A DNA stretch of 64,000 nucleotides, from contig CAYJKP010000001.1 of assembly GCA_964371245.1 (NCBI GenBank), positions 571,042-635,041 on the forward strand. The letters run 5' to 3'. Position 1 is the stretch's first letter, and each line of letters begins with the position of its first letter. Both the position numbers and the translations under genes were made by a program. Under the pieces are notes generated by a model. It did no database searches, had not been told where the DNA came from, and was given only the letters and a program-made list of their open reading frames with translations. Below, piece after piece: positions 31,447 through 40,839 of the stretch. This DNA is from an uncultured Gammaproteobacteria bacterium. GTDB lineage: Bacteria > Patescibacteriota > Patescibacteriia > JAHIZJ01.

Positions 31447-31923
31447 ATGTTCATTGACGAGACTATCGCCGCCAACCTGATCCGCCACACCCGTGAGCTG
31501 CTCAAGCTGGTAGCCACCTTGCCGGAGAACGATATGCCGGAGCGGCAAGGTGTTTATCTCTGCGTCCGCGATCAGGCAACCGGTGTCATCCTCCTGCTGG
31601 TACCAGTAGGTAAGTTCGATGACATGAGCTTCGCCCGGCGCTGCTGCCTGTACGCGCAGGAGAAGACTGCTCGACTGCTCAGCCATCCCCATCACCTGGC
31701 CAGCTCCCAGTCGGCCAACCCCGATCTGGAGCTCTATGGCGGTGGCGTCGTCTGTCCGGTTGCCAATGTCATCATTGCGCCGTCGGGCCTGACTGCCGTC
31801 TGCGACGAGGCGCTCGGGGCCAATCTCGGGCTCAAGATGGGCTGGATGTTCCCTGATCAGATCAGCCACCTGTCCACCCTGACCCAGAACACCGCAATCA
31901 CCTCGCTTTGCCGCGCCGCCTAG
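31447..31923 (+). CDS. Hypothetical protein, possibly GlcG/HbpS-like fold
   Basis: GGAGG SD; AQEKTARL...GGGV...SGL...DE pattern. Confidence 0.65.
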   Translation: MFIDETIAANLIRHTRELLKLVATLPENDMPERQGVYLCVRDQATGVILLLVPVGKFDDMSFARRCCLYAQEKTARLLSHPHHLASSQSANPDLELYGGGVVCPVANVIIAPSGLTAVCDEALGANLGLKMGWMFPDQISHLSTLTQNTAITSLCRAA

Positions 31924-31975
31924 CCCTGGTTGAACTGTTGGCGGTAGTCTCCTACGACGAATAAGGAGTTCACTG

Positions 31976-32161
31976 ATGGACAAACCGACTGGCACCTATC
32001 AGTGCGTCGTCTGCGACCATCTCTGGGACGGCTCTCAGCTGTACCAAGATCCGCGATCGCTTGGCGGAACACGCTGGACCTGCGGTGATATCTGCTGCGG
32101 AGCGAATGTCAAGAAGATCAGTGACCAACCCCTGCTCTCGACTCCGCCCACGACGACGTAA
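31976..32161 (+). CDS. Small Cys-rich, putative Zn-binding protein
   Basis: AAGGAG SD; CVVC...CGDICCG. Confidence 0.6.
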   Translation: MDKPTGTYQCVVCDHLWDGSQLYQDPRSLGGTRWTCGDICCGANVKKISDQPLLSTPPTTT

Positions 32162-32247
32162 CCGTCCGAATCAAGGACTCGGACTATTGTACAACCGCTG
32201 CCAATCGGCAGCACGCGCCCGTTGCGAATCTTTCGTGACTGGCGCTT

Positions 32248-33291
32248 TTATTTTTTAAGGCGGGTGTTTATTTTATCAGATTTTTCAACACAATACGCGA
32301 ACAAACTGCTAAATAATTTCGTTAAATGCGCAATATGCTTTTGGCGGTAACTGGCATAGTGCTGGTTTTGAAGATCGACGAGCAAGGCGGCGACACAGCG
32401 CTCGGCCATCATCAGGTAAAACTTCTTTTCAAATCCGGCGTCTTTTCTTACAATCGAAAGTTTTTTATATTCCGCAATCCATTTTTCCAGATAGCTAATG
32501 ACGTAATTTACCGTAATGTACTGTTTTCTAATGCTTTTTATGCCCGCCCAGAGATGAAAGGCGGCGTCATAATACTCCGGACGGTAGGACCAGAATAAAT
32601 TCGACATGAGCACGTATTCATTTGCCGACAGTTTGTAAATATCGTCATAGGTAAAATGGCCGTGCATGAACTCCATCCTCACCCCCGGCAAACGACGGCG
32701 AGCGAGCGCTTGAAATTTTCTCACCATCGCTTTCGTCGTCCCGTCCACCCGGCCTTTTGATTGCGCCACGGCCAGCCAGTGTTTGAGGCGTTTCATGACA
32801 AACCGCAGGCTGTACCGCTCACCAGGCTCTTGGGCAAATAATGGTGTATTGAGACACTTACTCTTGCACTCTTGATAGAGAGCGCAAAAATCCCGCCTTT
32901 GTGTTTTGTCGGCAAATGGCGGCCGGTAAATCTTCGGCGCGTCGATATATTCCAGCAATAAATAGCCGTAACCATTTACTTTGTTCCACTTTTTTCCGCC
33001 ATACAACCGCGGTAACCTTACTTTTGTGCTTTTATTCTGCCGATTAAATCGGTTAATTATATCTATCTCATCAACCTCGGGCTGCAGCCCCTGGATTTTT
33101 AAAACCGCCGGCTTGTTTCGCCATCGGCCCCGGTAGATCAGGCTCCCAACCTTATTTTTGTCATAAATTTGCCCCCGGAAGATTTCCTTGCCAGGCCGGA
33201 AACCGGTTGCCACAACAATTTCTTTCAGCGTCTTTGCCGCATCAGAAAAACCTGTATGGGTAAAATACTTTTCGGTGATTCTATTGCTCAT
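32248..33291 (-). CDS. Phosphotransferase (APH/choline kinase)-like protein with degenerate catalytic motifs
   Basis: AVLKI, YLLLEYI, FMHGHF. Confidence 0.65.
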   Translation of the reverse strand: MSNRITEKYFTHTGFSDAAKTLKEIVVATGFRPGKEIFRGQIYDKNKVGSLIYRGRWRNKPAVLKIQGLQPEVDEIDIINRFNRQNKSTKVRLPRLYGGKKWNKVNGYGYLLLEYIDAPKIYRPPFADKTQRRDFCALYQECKSKCLNTPLFAQEPGERYSLRFVMKRLKHWLAVAQSKGRVDGTTKAMVRKFQALARRRLPGVRMEFMHGHFTYDDIYKLSANEYVLMSNLFWSYRPEYYDAAFHLWAGIKSIRKQYITVNYVISYLEKWIAEYKKLSIVRKDAGFEKKFYLMMAERCVAALLVDLQNQHYASYRQKHIAHLTKLFSSLFAYCVEKSDKINTRLKK

Positions 33292-33297
33292 ACAATG

Positions 33298-34341
33298 TTA
33301 GGTAAGCTCGCGATGGAGTATCAATTCTGCCTTCCGCTTGCTAATTTCACCGGTATAATTCTTGTGCATTAATCTCCTGATACTCCGATAGGGATACCTC
33401 TGTTTAATCAGCCACATTAATTTCGTTGTCATGGTTTCCATGCTCATGTCAAACGCTTGGATAACACCTGATTTGAGTGCTTTCAGTCCAACATCGTTTA
33501 AACCCATTACCGTGGCTCCGCCTGGGCACTGCGTTGTTACGACAACGGGTAGGCGCCTTTTTTTCGCGTACTGCAGGCTGGGCAGCAGTGAGTATGGTAT
33601 GTCGCCTGATCCGTATGCTCTCAGAACGATTCCTTTTACTCCCCCGCGGATCAGCCGATTAATGAATTCTGGGCGAAATCCGGGGACAAGAGTGTAACAA
33701 ACGATATTGTCATCAAAACCATTCTTTACCACCAACGGCTGAGAGTGCGCCCGGTGGGTATCTTTATTTAAGGTTATACCCACGCCGATCTCGCCAAAAT
33801 CTGTGTCATTAAAGGTATGGAAAGCATCAAGGTCCGATTCGCTCACCTTTTTTGCCCGGCTCCCCAATATTATTTTGCTGCCAAAAACCACAAAAACACC
33901 ACCTAATTCCATGGTGGCCACACGGACTGCGTTCACAAGATTATTCCGGCTGTCAGTACTGATAATCTCAGCGGGAATTTGTGAACCGGTAAAAATTACC
34001 GGCTTGCCAATATTCGCCAGAGCAAATGATACGGCGCTTGAGGCATAGGCCATCGTGTTGGTACCCATGGTTACAACAAAACCGTCGTATTTCTTATAGT
34101 TCTGCGCAATTTTTTTGACAATTTTCTCCCAATGGCGATGGTCGAAATTCGTGCTGTCGATATTTGCTATATACGCCGTTGAAATGTTAGCCAATTCGAT
34201 GATCCTCGGCTCAATCTGAAATAATTGCTTAACACCGAAGGCGACTTGAAGCGCTCCGGTTTTCTCGTCTTTGTGCATTGAAATTGAACCGCCGCAAAAC
34301 AGTATTAGAATCTTTTTGATGCGCTTTGTCGGTTTCTTCAT
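33298..34341 (-). CDS. ansA: Type I L-asparaginase-like protein
   Basis: GGSISM, IDST, MGTNTM, TGSQ, AYGSG, DMSME; several catalytic positions altered. Confidence 0.85.
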   Translation of the reverse strand: MKKPTKRIKKILILFCGGSISMHKDEKTGALQVAFGVKQLFQIEPRIIELANISTAYIANIDSTNFDHRHWEKIVKKIAQNYKKYDGFVVTMGTNTMAYASSAVSFALANIGKPVIFTGSQIPAEIISTDSRNNLVNAVRVATMELGGVFVVFGSKIILGSRAKKVSESDLDAFHTFNDTDFGEIGVGITLNKDTHRAHSQPLVVKNGFDDNIVCYTLVPGFRPEFINRLIRGGVKGIVLRAYGSGDIPYSLLPSLQYAKKRRLPVVVTTQCPGGATVMGLNDVGLKALKSGVIQAFDMSMETMTTKLMWLIKQRYPYRSIRRLMHKNYTGEISKRKAELILHRELT

Positions 34342-34345
34342 ACGA

Positions 34346-35203
34346 CTAAATAATTAGCGATAAGGCAAGAATTAATATTGAAGCAATTATCTTTCTCACT
34401 GTTATTTTTTCCTTCAGCCAGGCCGCGCTGAGGAGAAAAACAAATATCGGCGTCAGATTCGCCAAAGTTATAGTCACGCCCGCGCTGCCGACCGTTAGTG
34501 CGTAGTAGAGCAGCAGCCATTGAGCAATGACAAAAAGTCCTCGGAAAAAGATGACGCGATACTGGGTATTGGTTATTCGGCGCAAAGGAAAATTAAGAAA
34601 CACGAGTGAGAATAGCGCAATCAACCCGGCCCGATACATATACAAGGTCGGGGCATTGATTACGTGCAAATTAGTCAGCAGATACTTTGTTGGTATCGCC
34701 GATATACCAAATAACACTGAAGAAATGATGGCCGGAACCAGCGTGGCTTTTTTGAAACGTCCGAATTCCGAGGAACCTGCGGAAAAAATTACCACCAGAA
34801 ACATGATCAAGAATGCCAGGGCGACGGTTTTTAGATTCACCGTGTCGTCCAGCAATAACCAGCCGAAGAAAAATGTAAACGCCGGCGCCAAAGCGAGCAT
34901 TGGACTGGCCACGCTGGCTTCGGTTTCCTCAAACGTTTTGAAATAATAAAAATTTGCCAGAGTATCAATAACACCGATGCCGATCAAAACCAGTATGGCA
35001 ACGGTCGTCGCCTTAAAATAATAAAAAAAGGGTGAGAATAAAACCAGCGTCGCACCCATCGTCAAAAAGTTTATCCCGAGTATCTCCTTTGAGCGCAATT
35101 CTTTCAGCAAAGTCCGAGCGAGAATATTTGCGATTGCACCAAAAACCGCGGATCCAATGGCTATGAGGGTGAAATTCATTGAGCTGACAACAGGAAGAGT
35201 CAT
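34346..35203 (-). CDS. DMT/EamA family transporter
   Basis: About 10 TM, two EamA repeats, LKEKIT end. Confidence 0.88.
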   Translation of the reverse strand: MTLPVVSSMNFTLIAIGSAVFGAIANILARTLLKELRSKEILGINFLTMGATLVLFSPFFYYFKATTVAILVLIGIGVIDTLANFYYFKTFEETEASVASPMLALAPAFTFFFGWLLLDDTVNLKTVALAFLIMFLVVIFSAGSSEFGRFKKATLVPAIISSVLFGISAIPTKYLLTNLHVINAPTLYMYRAGLIALFSLVFLNFPLRRITNTQYRVIFFRGLFVIAQWLLLYYALTVGSAGVTITLANLTPIFVFLLSAAWLKEKITVRKIIASILILALSLII

Positions 35204-36396
35204 CGTTTTTTGGTCTTGGCGCTGGACTTCTTCTTCGCCGGCAACTTCTTCTTTCCCATCTGTATTTGCGAATATTCTTCTCTATAAACCTTCAGTGTTT
35301 CCTCGGCGCACTTCCGCCAGCTGAACTTTTTCGCCTGCTCGACGCCCGCCTGGCTGTAGCGCTGCCTGAGCTGGGTTGAGTTGAGCATTTTCCGCATCGC
35401 CTCAGCCAGCGCCGTTTCACTGTTTGGGTTTATTAAGAGGGCCGCGTCGCCCGTGACTTCCGGGATTGAAGCGACGTTTGAGCTGATCACCGGTACGCCG
35501 AGACTTAAGGCCTCAAGCACAGGCAGACCAAAACCTTCATAGAGCGTCGGAAACACGAACACGCTGGCATTCCGGATTAAGCCGATTTTATCCTCGTGCG
35601 GAACGTAATTTAGGTAGGCAGCGCGGTTGCCAAGCTTGAGTTTGTTGATGGCGTTAAATACCTCGTCGCTCTTCCAACCACGATGGCCGGCCAGAACCAG
35701 GGTGTATTTCGAAAACCTTTTTTCTTTTGCCAGTTGCGCAAAGGCTACGACCAGCTTCGGGATATTCTTGCGTGCCTCCAGCGTCCCGACATACAGCAAA
35801 TAATCGCCCGGGATACTGTATTTTTCCTGGAGTTTCGCCTTCAGCACATAGTTTTTTTCCTGAACGACGCCTTCGTGGATGACCTGGATTTTTTCCGCCG
35901 GGATACCAAATACTTTGACAATATCTTTCTTCGTCGCCTCCGAAACGGCGATAATACGACGCGCCCGGCTCAACGACCGCGGCACGAGGATTGAAACGCT
36001 GAACTTCTGACCGCGCGGGAACCATTCAGGATGCTTGTAAATCGCCAGGTCGTGAACCGTCACGATCGCCGGCCGGCTGTAGGTGTATGGAATCACATTG
36101 GCTGGCGAATGATAGAGATCGAGTTTCTCGCGATTCAGATAGGCCGTGATCAGCAGGTGGGAATAGCTGAACGGCAGAAAGCGTTTGTATTGCGAAAACG
36201 GAAACGTTCGGATCGTCACGTTCGACTGCTTGAACTCCTTGGTGTTTTGATAGCGATAATCAAAAAACAAAACGTACTCGTTCTTCTGGTCGAGGGCGAG
36301 CAGCGATTTCACGAGAAAATATGAATAATGCCCGACGCCGGCGCGTTCGCCGTGCTTGGGATTGAGGATGGTTCGACAATCGATACCGATGCGCAT
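35200..36396 (-). CDS. Glycosyltransferase family 4 (group 1)
   Basis: MRIGID, TVHDL, RKN, YEGFGLPVLEA. Confidence 0.95.
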   Translation of the reverse strand: MRIGIDCRTILNPKHGERAGVGHYSYFLVKSLLALDQKNEYVLFFDYRYQNTKEFKQSNVTIRTFPFSQYKRFLPFSYSHLLITAYLNREKLDLYHSPANVIPYTYSRPAIVTVHDLAIYKHPEWFPRGQKFSVSILVPRSLSRARRIIAVSEATKKDIVKVFGIPAEKIQVIHEGVVQEKNYVLKAKLQEKYSIPGDYLLYVGTLEARKNIPKLVVAFAQLAKEKRFSKYTLVLAGHRGWKSDEVFNAINKLKLGNRAAYLNYVPHEDKIGLIRNASVFVFPTLYEGFGLPVLEALSLGVPVISSNVASIPEVTGDAALLINPNSETALAEAMRKMLNSTQLRQRYSQAGVEQAKKFSWRKCAEETLKVYREEYSQIQMGKKKLPAKKKSSAKTKKR

Positions 36397-36407
36397 AGGC
36401 GTGGTTA

Positions 36408-38063
36408 TTACATTGTCGTTGGCGTTGAAACACCCATCAGTTTCAGGCTGTTTCGAAGCACGATCTGGGTCGCTCTGATCAGCGCGACCCGAGCGGTATT
36501 CACCTCGCCCTGGTCGATCACTCGGCACTGGGTGTAAAAAACGTGGAAGAGTTCCGCTACCTTGATGACGTAAAACGGCAAACGCTGAACTTCGTACGTC
36601 TCGCTGATACCACGCAGCAAATCTGGATATTGGACGAGCTCGGTAATCAAATCGACTTCGGCGCGGTGATCATAATGGATTTTCAAGCGTTCCGGCCAAG
36701 CCAGCTTCTTCAATTCCTTCTGTTTCAGTATACTACAAATCCGCGCGTGCGCATATTGAACGTAATAGACCGGGTTTTTCTCGGACTTTTCCCGAGCCAG
36801 GTCAAGATCAAAATCCATGTGCGTGTCGGCGGCGCGCATCAGGAAAAAAAACCGCGCCACGTCCAGGCCGACATCGTCCACGAGTTCTTCAAGCGTCACG
36901 AACGTACCGCTCCGCTTCGACATTTTTACTTCCTGGTGGTTTGAGATCAGCCGGACCAGCTGGACAACGACGATATCGAGCCGGCCGGGCCAAGCCAGGC
37001 TTTTTTTGATCGCCTGCATCCGGGTAACGTGACCCTGGTGGTCGGCGCCCCAGATATTGACCACGCGCGAAAATTTGCGCTCGCAGAATTTATTGTAATG
37101 GTAAGCGATGTCGGAGAGAAAATAGGTGTTCTCCCGGTTGGCTTTTATGAGCACGCGGTCTTTCTCGTCGCCAAAGGCGCTCGTCTTTACCCAGGTGGCG
37201 CCGTCAGCCTTGTAGACATAGCCCTTCTCTTTCAATTGAGCCAATACTGTCTTGACCGTCCCCTTTTTATAGAGTTCGCTTTCATAAAACCAGCGATGAA
37301 AGTGTATTCGCAGTTTTTCTCTCAGTACGCGTTGAATTTCCTTCAGCATCAGACCGAGCACCTTATCTTTGACTGTTCGTTTGATCCGATTAATATCATT
37401 CAGTTTTACATCCACTAGCTTCAGATGCTTGGCAAGATCTTTCACATAGTCGCCTTGATAGCAACGTTCGGGATAATCAATGTTCAGTCCAGTCTGCTGG
37501 ATGTAGCGCCGAATGACCGATTCAGCTAAGGTTTCGACTTGATTGCCGATATCATTGACGTAATATTCACGCCGCGCTTGAAAGCCTTGGCTGGCAAATA
37601 TATTCGCGAGTACGTCGCCCATGAAACCGCCCCGGCCGTTACCGAGATGGATCGGACCGGTCGGATTGGCGGAAATAAATTCGATTTGGACTTTGGCGTC
37701 ATCGCCGTATTTGCTCTTTCCATACTGACGGTCCTGATCGATGATCGTACCGACTTGCTGCCCCAGCCACGCCTTACTAAACGAGAAGTTCAAAAATCCC
37801 GGCAAAGCCGTTTCAATTTTACCGAACTTGCGTTTAAAATTGTCGCTTAACCGTTCAATAATCGCCTCGGCAATCTCGAGCGGATTTTTTGCTAAAACCC
37901 GCGCCAATTGCATGGCGACAGTCGTCGAGATGTCCCCGAACTTATCATCCTTCGTGTACTCAATCGTTTTGTAAAAAAAATCGCCTTCGGCCTGCTGTTT
38001 CAGGTCGGGCCAGAGTTCATAGCATACGCGCTGGAGCTGATTAGCGATTTCCTTCTTTATCAT
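36408..38063 (-). CDS. argS: Arginine--tRNA ligase
   Basis: EFISANPTGPIHLGN, GADH, KMSKRSG, YVQYAHARI. Confidence 0.97.
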   Translation of the reverse strand: MIKKEIANQLQRVCYELWPDLKQQAEGDFFYKTIEYTKDDKFGDISTTVAMQLARVLAKNPLEIAEAIIERLSDNFKRKFGKIETALPGFLNFSFSKAWLGQQVGTIIDQDRQYGKSKYGDDAKVQIEFISANPTGPIHLGNGRGGFMGDVLANIFASQGFQARREYYVNDIGNQVETLAESVIRRYIQQTGLNIDYPERCYQGDYVKDLAKHLKLVDVKLNDINRIKRTVKDKVLGLMLKEIQRVLREKLRIHFHRWFYESELYKKGTVKTVLAQLKEKGYVYKADGATWVKTSAFGDEKDRVLIKANRENTYFLSDIAYHYNKFCERKFSRVVNIWGADHQGHVTRMQAIKKSLAWPGRLDIVVVQLVRLISNHQEVKMSKRSGTFVTLEELVDDVGLDVARFFFLMRAADTHMDFDLDLAREKSEKNPVYYVQYAHARICSILKQKELKKLAWPERLKIHYDHRAEVDLITELVQYPDLLRGISETYEVQRLPFYVIKVAELFHVFYTQCRVIDQGEVNTARVALIRATQIVLRNSLKLMGVSTPTTM

Positions 38064-38157
38064 ACTTCCAGTATAAACGATTTTTATAACGGACACAATG
38101 TTCACGCGCTGATTACTGGGGGTTTCTCTCGCTAAAACCAGCCGGTGGATAACTCCC

Positions 38158-38218
38158 TTGACAAATGATATTCATTTGCTATGCTTTATCTTGCTAAAGT
38201 GCTTTATCTTACTAAAGT
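38158..38218 (+). promoter_or_regulatory. Promoter overlapped by two tandem CTTTA-N6-TAAAG operator palindromes
   Basis: TTGACA (38158), TATGCT (38180); GCTTTATCTTGCTAAAGT and GCTTTATCTTACTAAAGT repeated at an 18-bp period. Confidence 0.8.
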
Positions 38219-38229
38219 TCAATAAAACC

Positions 38230-38553
38230 ATGGCTAACTGGTACAACCAAAAAGTCAAAAACTTATTTACGGCCGTTCTGAAGTTGAAAACGCCCGACGA
38301 AGCCCGGCGCTTTTTCCGCGACTTACTGACTGAGCAAGAAATACTGGAGTTCGCTAACCGCTGGCAAGCCGCTCAGCTGCTCGACCGCGGCGTCCCCTAT
38401 TCTATAATCTCGGCGAAAACCGGTTTAAGCTCGACAACGATTGCTCGCATCTCGCGCTGGCTGTATCGCGGCCTCAACGGCTATCAGCTGATGCTGAAAC
38501 GCCTCAATCTTCATCATCGCAACCCTGCCTCTTTCGAGAAAGGATTGCGTTGA
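38230..38553 (+). CDS. YerC/YecD (TrpR-like, HisR-type) repressor with C-terminal His-His extension
   Basis: FFRDLLT..E...RW, Y..I...TGLSSTTIARISRWL..G..GY. Confidence 0.93.
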   Translation: MANWYNQKVKNLFTAVLKLKTPDEARRFFRDLLTEQEILEFANRWQAAQLLDRGVPYSIISAKTGLSSTTIARISRWLYRGLNGYQLMLKRLNLHHRNPASFEKGLR

Positions 38554-38581
38554 TGTTTGCATAACGAACGCATAAACCCGG

Positions 38582-38608
38582 CCCCTTCTCGAAAGAGAAG
38601 GGGTTTTT
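38582..38608 (+). terminator. Attenuator terminator upstream of the radical SAM gene
   Basis: CCCCTTCTC-GAAA-GAGAAGGGG-TTTTT; competing 12-bp antiterminator at 38529-38540. Confidence 0.85.
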
Positions 38609-38650
38609 GCGTCGTGCAACAACCCGGCACATTCACATCTGGAGGCTCAG

Positions 38651-39709
38651 ATGAAACCTCTTTCCGATCTCGACGCGCGGTATGAGCGACAACCCCGACC
38701 ATCCGGTCTGCGCTATGGCATCATTGAGGTTACGACTCGCTGCCAGTGCCGCTGTCCCGGTTGCTACATGGTGCGACGGAATGTCTTGAACCACAACGAT
38801 CTTTCGCTGAGCGACGCTGTTCAAGTGCTAGATCTCTGCCGTGAGTACTGCGGACGCGAACTGGAAACAATGGACATTCTCGGAGGCGAGCCATTGCTGT
38901 GGCCAAGGCTTCAATCTTTCATCACTGTTCTGTTGAAGCGCGGGGTCAAGCCGTGGATTTTCACGAACATGCTGGCCGTTACGCCAAACCTGGCGCGCTG
39001 GCTGCATGAACGCGAGATCCACATTACGGGCAAGCTGAACATTGATCCTGATGCCCGGGAACAACTTCCGATCCAAGCAGCGATGCTCGGGCGCAGCGAA
39101 AAAACGGCCGCGAAAATGATCCGCGCTATCTCGGTCTTTCTCGAAGCCGGCTACCGCGCGCCTCTCTTCCGGCTTCAGAATCTCATTCGCACAGCCAACA
39201 TTGATTTTGTTTCCGACTACTACCGTTGGTGCCTGGAGCATGAAATCGGAACGGACCTGGAAATGATGGGCTCGGGCGAAGCAATCGGTCCGGAGTATTG
39301 GGCAATTGCGCCAAAGCCAGAACAGATCGCGAAGATGATTAATCTCATCCAGGGCGTCAGAAGAAAATTCGGGCTTGGGCCGGGCTTCGTGCTCATGCCG
39401 CACATTTTTGGCGCCTGTCCCTTTTTCGACAAAGGCCTGTATTTTGCGGTCAACGGCACCATCAGAGCGTGCAGCAACAGTCAGACAACGCTGGCCCGTA
39501 TTTCAGACCGCGATCCGATCCGAAAAGCTTATGAGTCCGAACTTATCTGCCATCGCCACAGTCTTACCAGGCAATCAGTCGGACAACCCTGCCAGTCGTG
39601 CGACCGTTGGGAAAAGTGCCGCGGCGGCTGCCGAGCCACGGCTGAGGGCACCGGAGGTTCTTACGCTGGTTACCCACTCTGCCCCCTGCCCTTTCTGACA
39701 GGCATCTAG
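38651..39709 (+). CDS. Radical SAM enzyme with SPASM domain
   Basis: CQCRCPGC (CxxxCxxC), GGEP, C..GTIRAC..CQSC..CRGGC..C; GGAGG SD. Confidence 0.93.
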   Translation: MKPLSDLDARYERQPRPSGLRYGIIEVTTRCQCRCPGCYMVRRNVLNHNDLSLSDAVQVLDLCREYCGRELETMDILGGEPLLWPRLQSFITVLLKRGVKPWIFTNMLAVTPNLARWLHEREIHITGKLNIDPDAREQLPIQAAMLGRSEKTAAKMIRAISVFLEAGYRAPLFRLQNLIRTANIDFVSDYYRWCLEHEIGTDLEMMGSGEAIGPEYWAIAPKPEQIAKMINLIQGVRRKFGLGPGFVLMPHIFGACPFFDKGLYFAVNGTIRACSNSQTTLARISDRDPIRKAYESELICHRHSLTRQSVGQPCQSCDRWEKCRGGCRATAEGTGGSYAGYPLCPLPFLTGI

Positions 39710-39721
39710 CTTCCAGCATCC

Positions 39722-39764
39722 TGGCTTGAGAGAAAGACCCGTCCTTTCTCTCAAGCCATTTTTT
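39722..39764 (+). terminator. Intrinsic terminator
   Basis: 15-bp stem TGGCTTGAGAGAAAG/CTTTCTCTCAAGCCA plus U-tract. Confidence 0.85.
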
Positions 39765-39860
39765 ATTTACCAATTATTCCAAATTGCGCCTTATTTTTGT
39801 TATATAATCTGTGTGATGTCTATTCTCAAACAAGTTAAATATGCTACACTAACAACCGCT

Positions 39861-40316
39861 ATGCCAACCTTAGCCGCCAATCCAACCGCCAAATTTCACT
39901 ATGAAATCCTCGATGAATTTGAGGCGGGTATTGTATTGTCTGGCGCCGAGGTAAAATCAGCCAAGCTGGGTCGAGTAAATCTGAAGGGCAGCTATGTCAG
40001 TGTCCATGAAGGTAGGCTGACGTTAATCAATGCCCATATCGCCCCCTATGAAAAAGCGAAGGGAAACCAGTCCGGGTATCAGCCGACACGGCCGCGCACG
40101 CTCCTGGTCCATAAACGGGAGCTCTCGAGTTTTATCGGAAAAAGCACGGTCCAGGGCTTGACGTTTGTGCCACTTTCCGTTTATACTAGGGGTGGTTTCA
40201 TAAAAGTAAAAGTCGGCATCGGACGCGGCAAGAAAAAATCCGACAAACGCGAAGCAATCAAGAAACGAGACACGGATCGCCGCCTCCGCCAAGCCGTCAA
40301 ACTTCGAAACCGATAA
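39861..40316 (+). CDS. smpB: SsrA-binding protein
   Basis: EAGIVLSGAEVKS, GRGKKKSDKRE; adjacent to tmRNA. Confidence 0.96.
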   Translation: MPTLAANPTAKFHYEILDEFEAGIVLSGAEVKSAKLGRVNLKGSYVSVHEGRLTLINAHIAPYEKAKGNQSGYQPTRPRTLLVHKRELSSFIGKSTVQGLTFVPLSVYTRGGFIKVKVGIGRGKKKSDKREAIKKRDTDRRLRQAVKLRNR

Positions 40317-40320
40317 GCGC

Positions 40321-40711
40321 GGGGATGTATACAATCGACGGGGAGTACATTTACAAACCAGCCAACCAGAGTCCAGGTCTCTGTCAACCCCTGGAACATC
40401 GACAAATGCCAAGTCGTTTACAGCGAAACTGAAGACTGCGTTTGCATCATTCAGTCTCGCTCCCGCTGTCGCCTAAAACGCGCACAGCCATCCGCCCTTC
40501 TGACTCCTGATGGGGAGGTCGCGGGTGTCATGAAATCAGGACGGACGGTTTCGCGTTTCCCGAAGTCGGTACCGGGCAAGAGAAACTAGGATCGTTTGGG
40601 ATTTTCGCCTGTTTCGACTCAAGCGATCCGAACCAAACCAAATAGGCTATGTTGGTAGACGGTTTGCGAAGAACTCTCAAGACAGGGGTGAAAGGCCCCT
40701 CATCTCCACCA
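40321..40711 (+). ncRNA. ssrA: tmRNA
   Basis: GGGGATG/CATCTCC-ACCA acceptor stem with G3-U70; tag ORF 40408-40476 AKSFTAKLKTAFASFSLAPAVA*. Confidence 0.93.
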
Positions 40712-40839
40712 TTCGACTCGCTCCGCTCGCTCATAGTCTAACGACCACTGAAAATCTGACGTTCAACTATGGCCGTAACGGAGAAGAGTCGAATGTCTCG
40801 AGCATAGTCGAGAGACAGATTAATATTAATTTCACAAGA

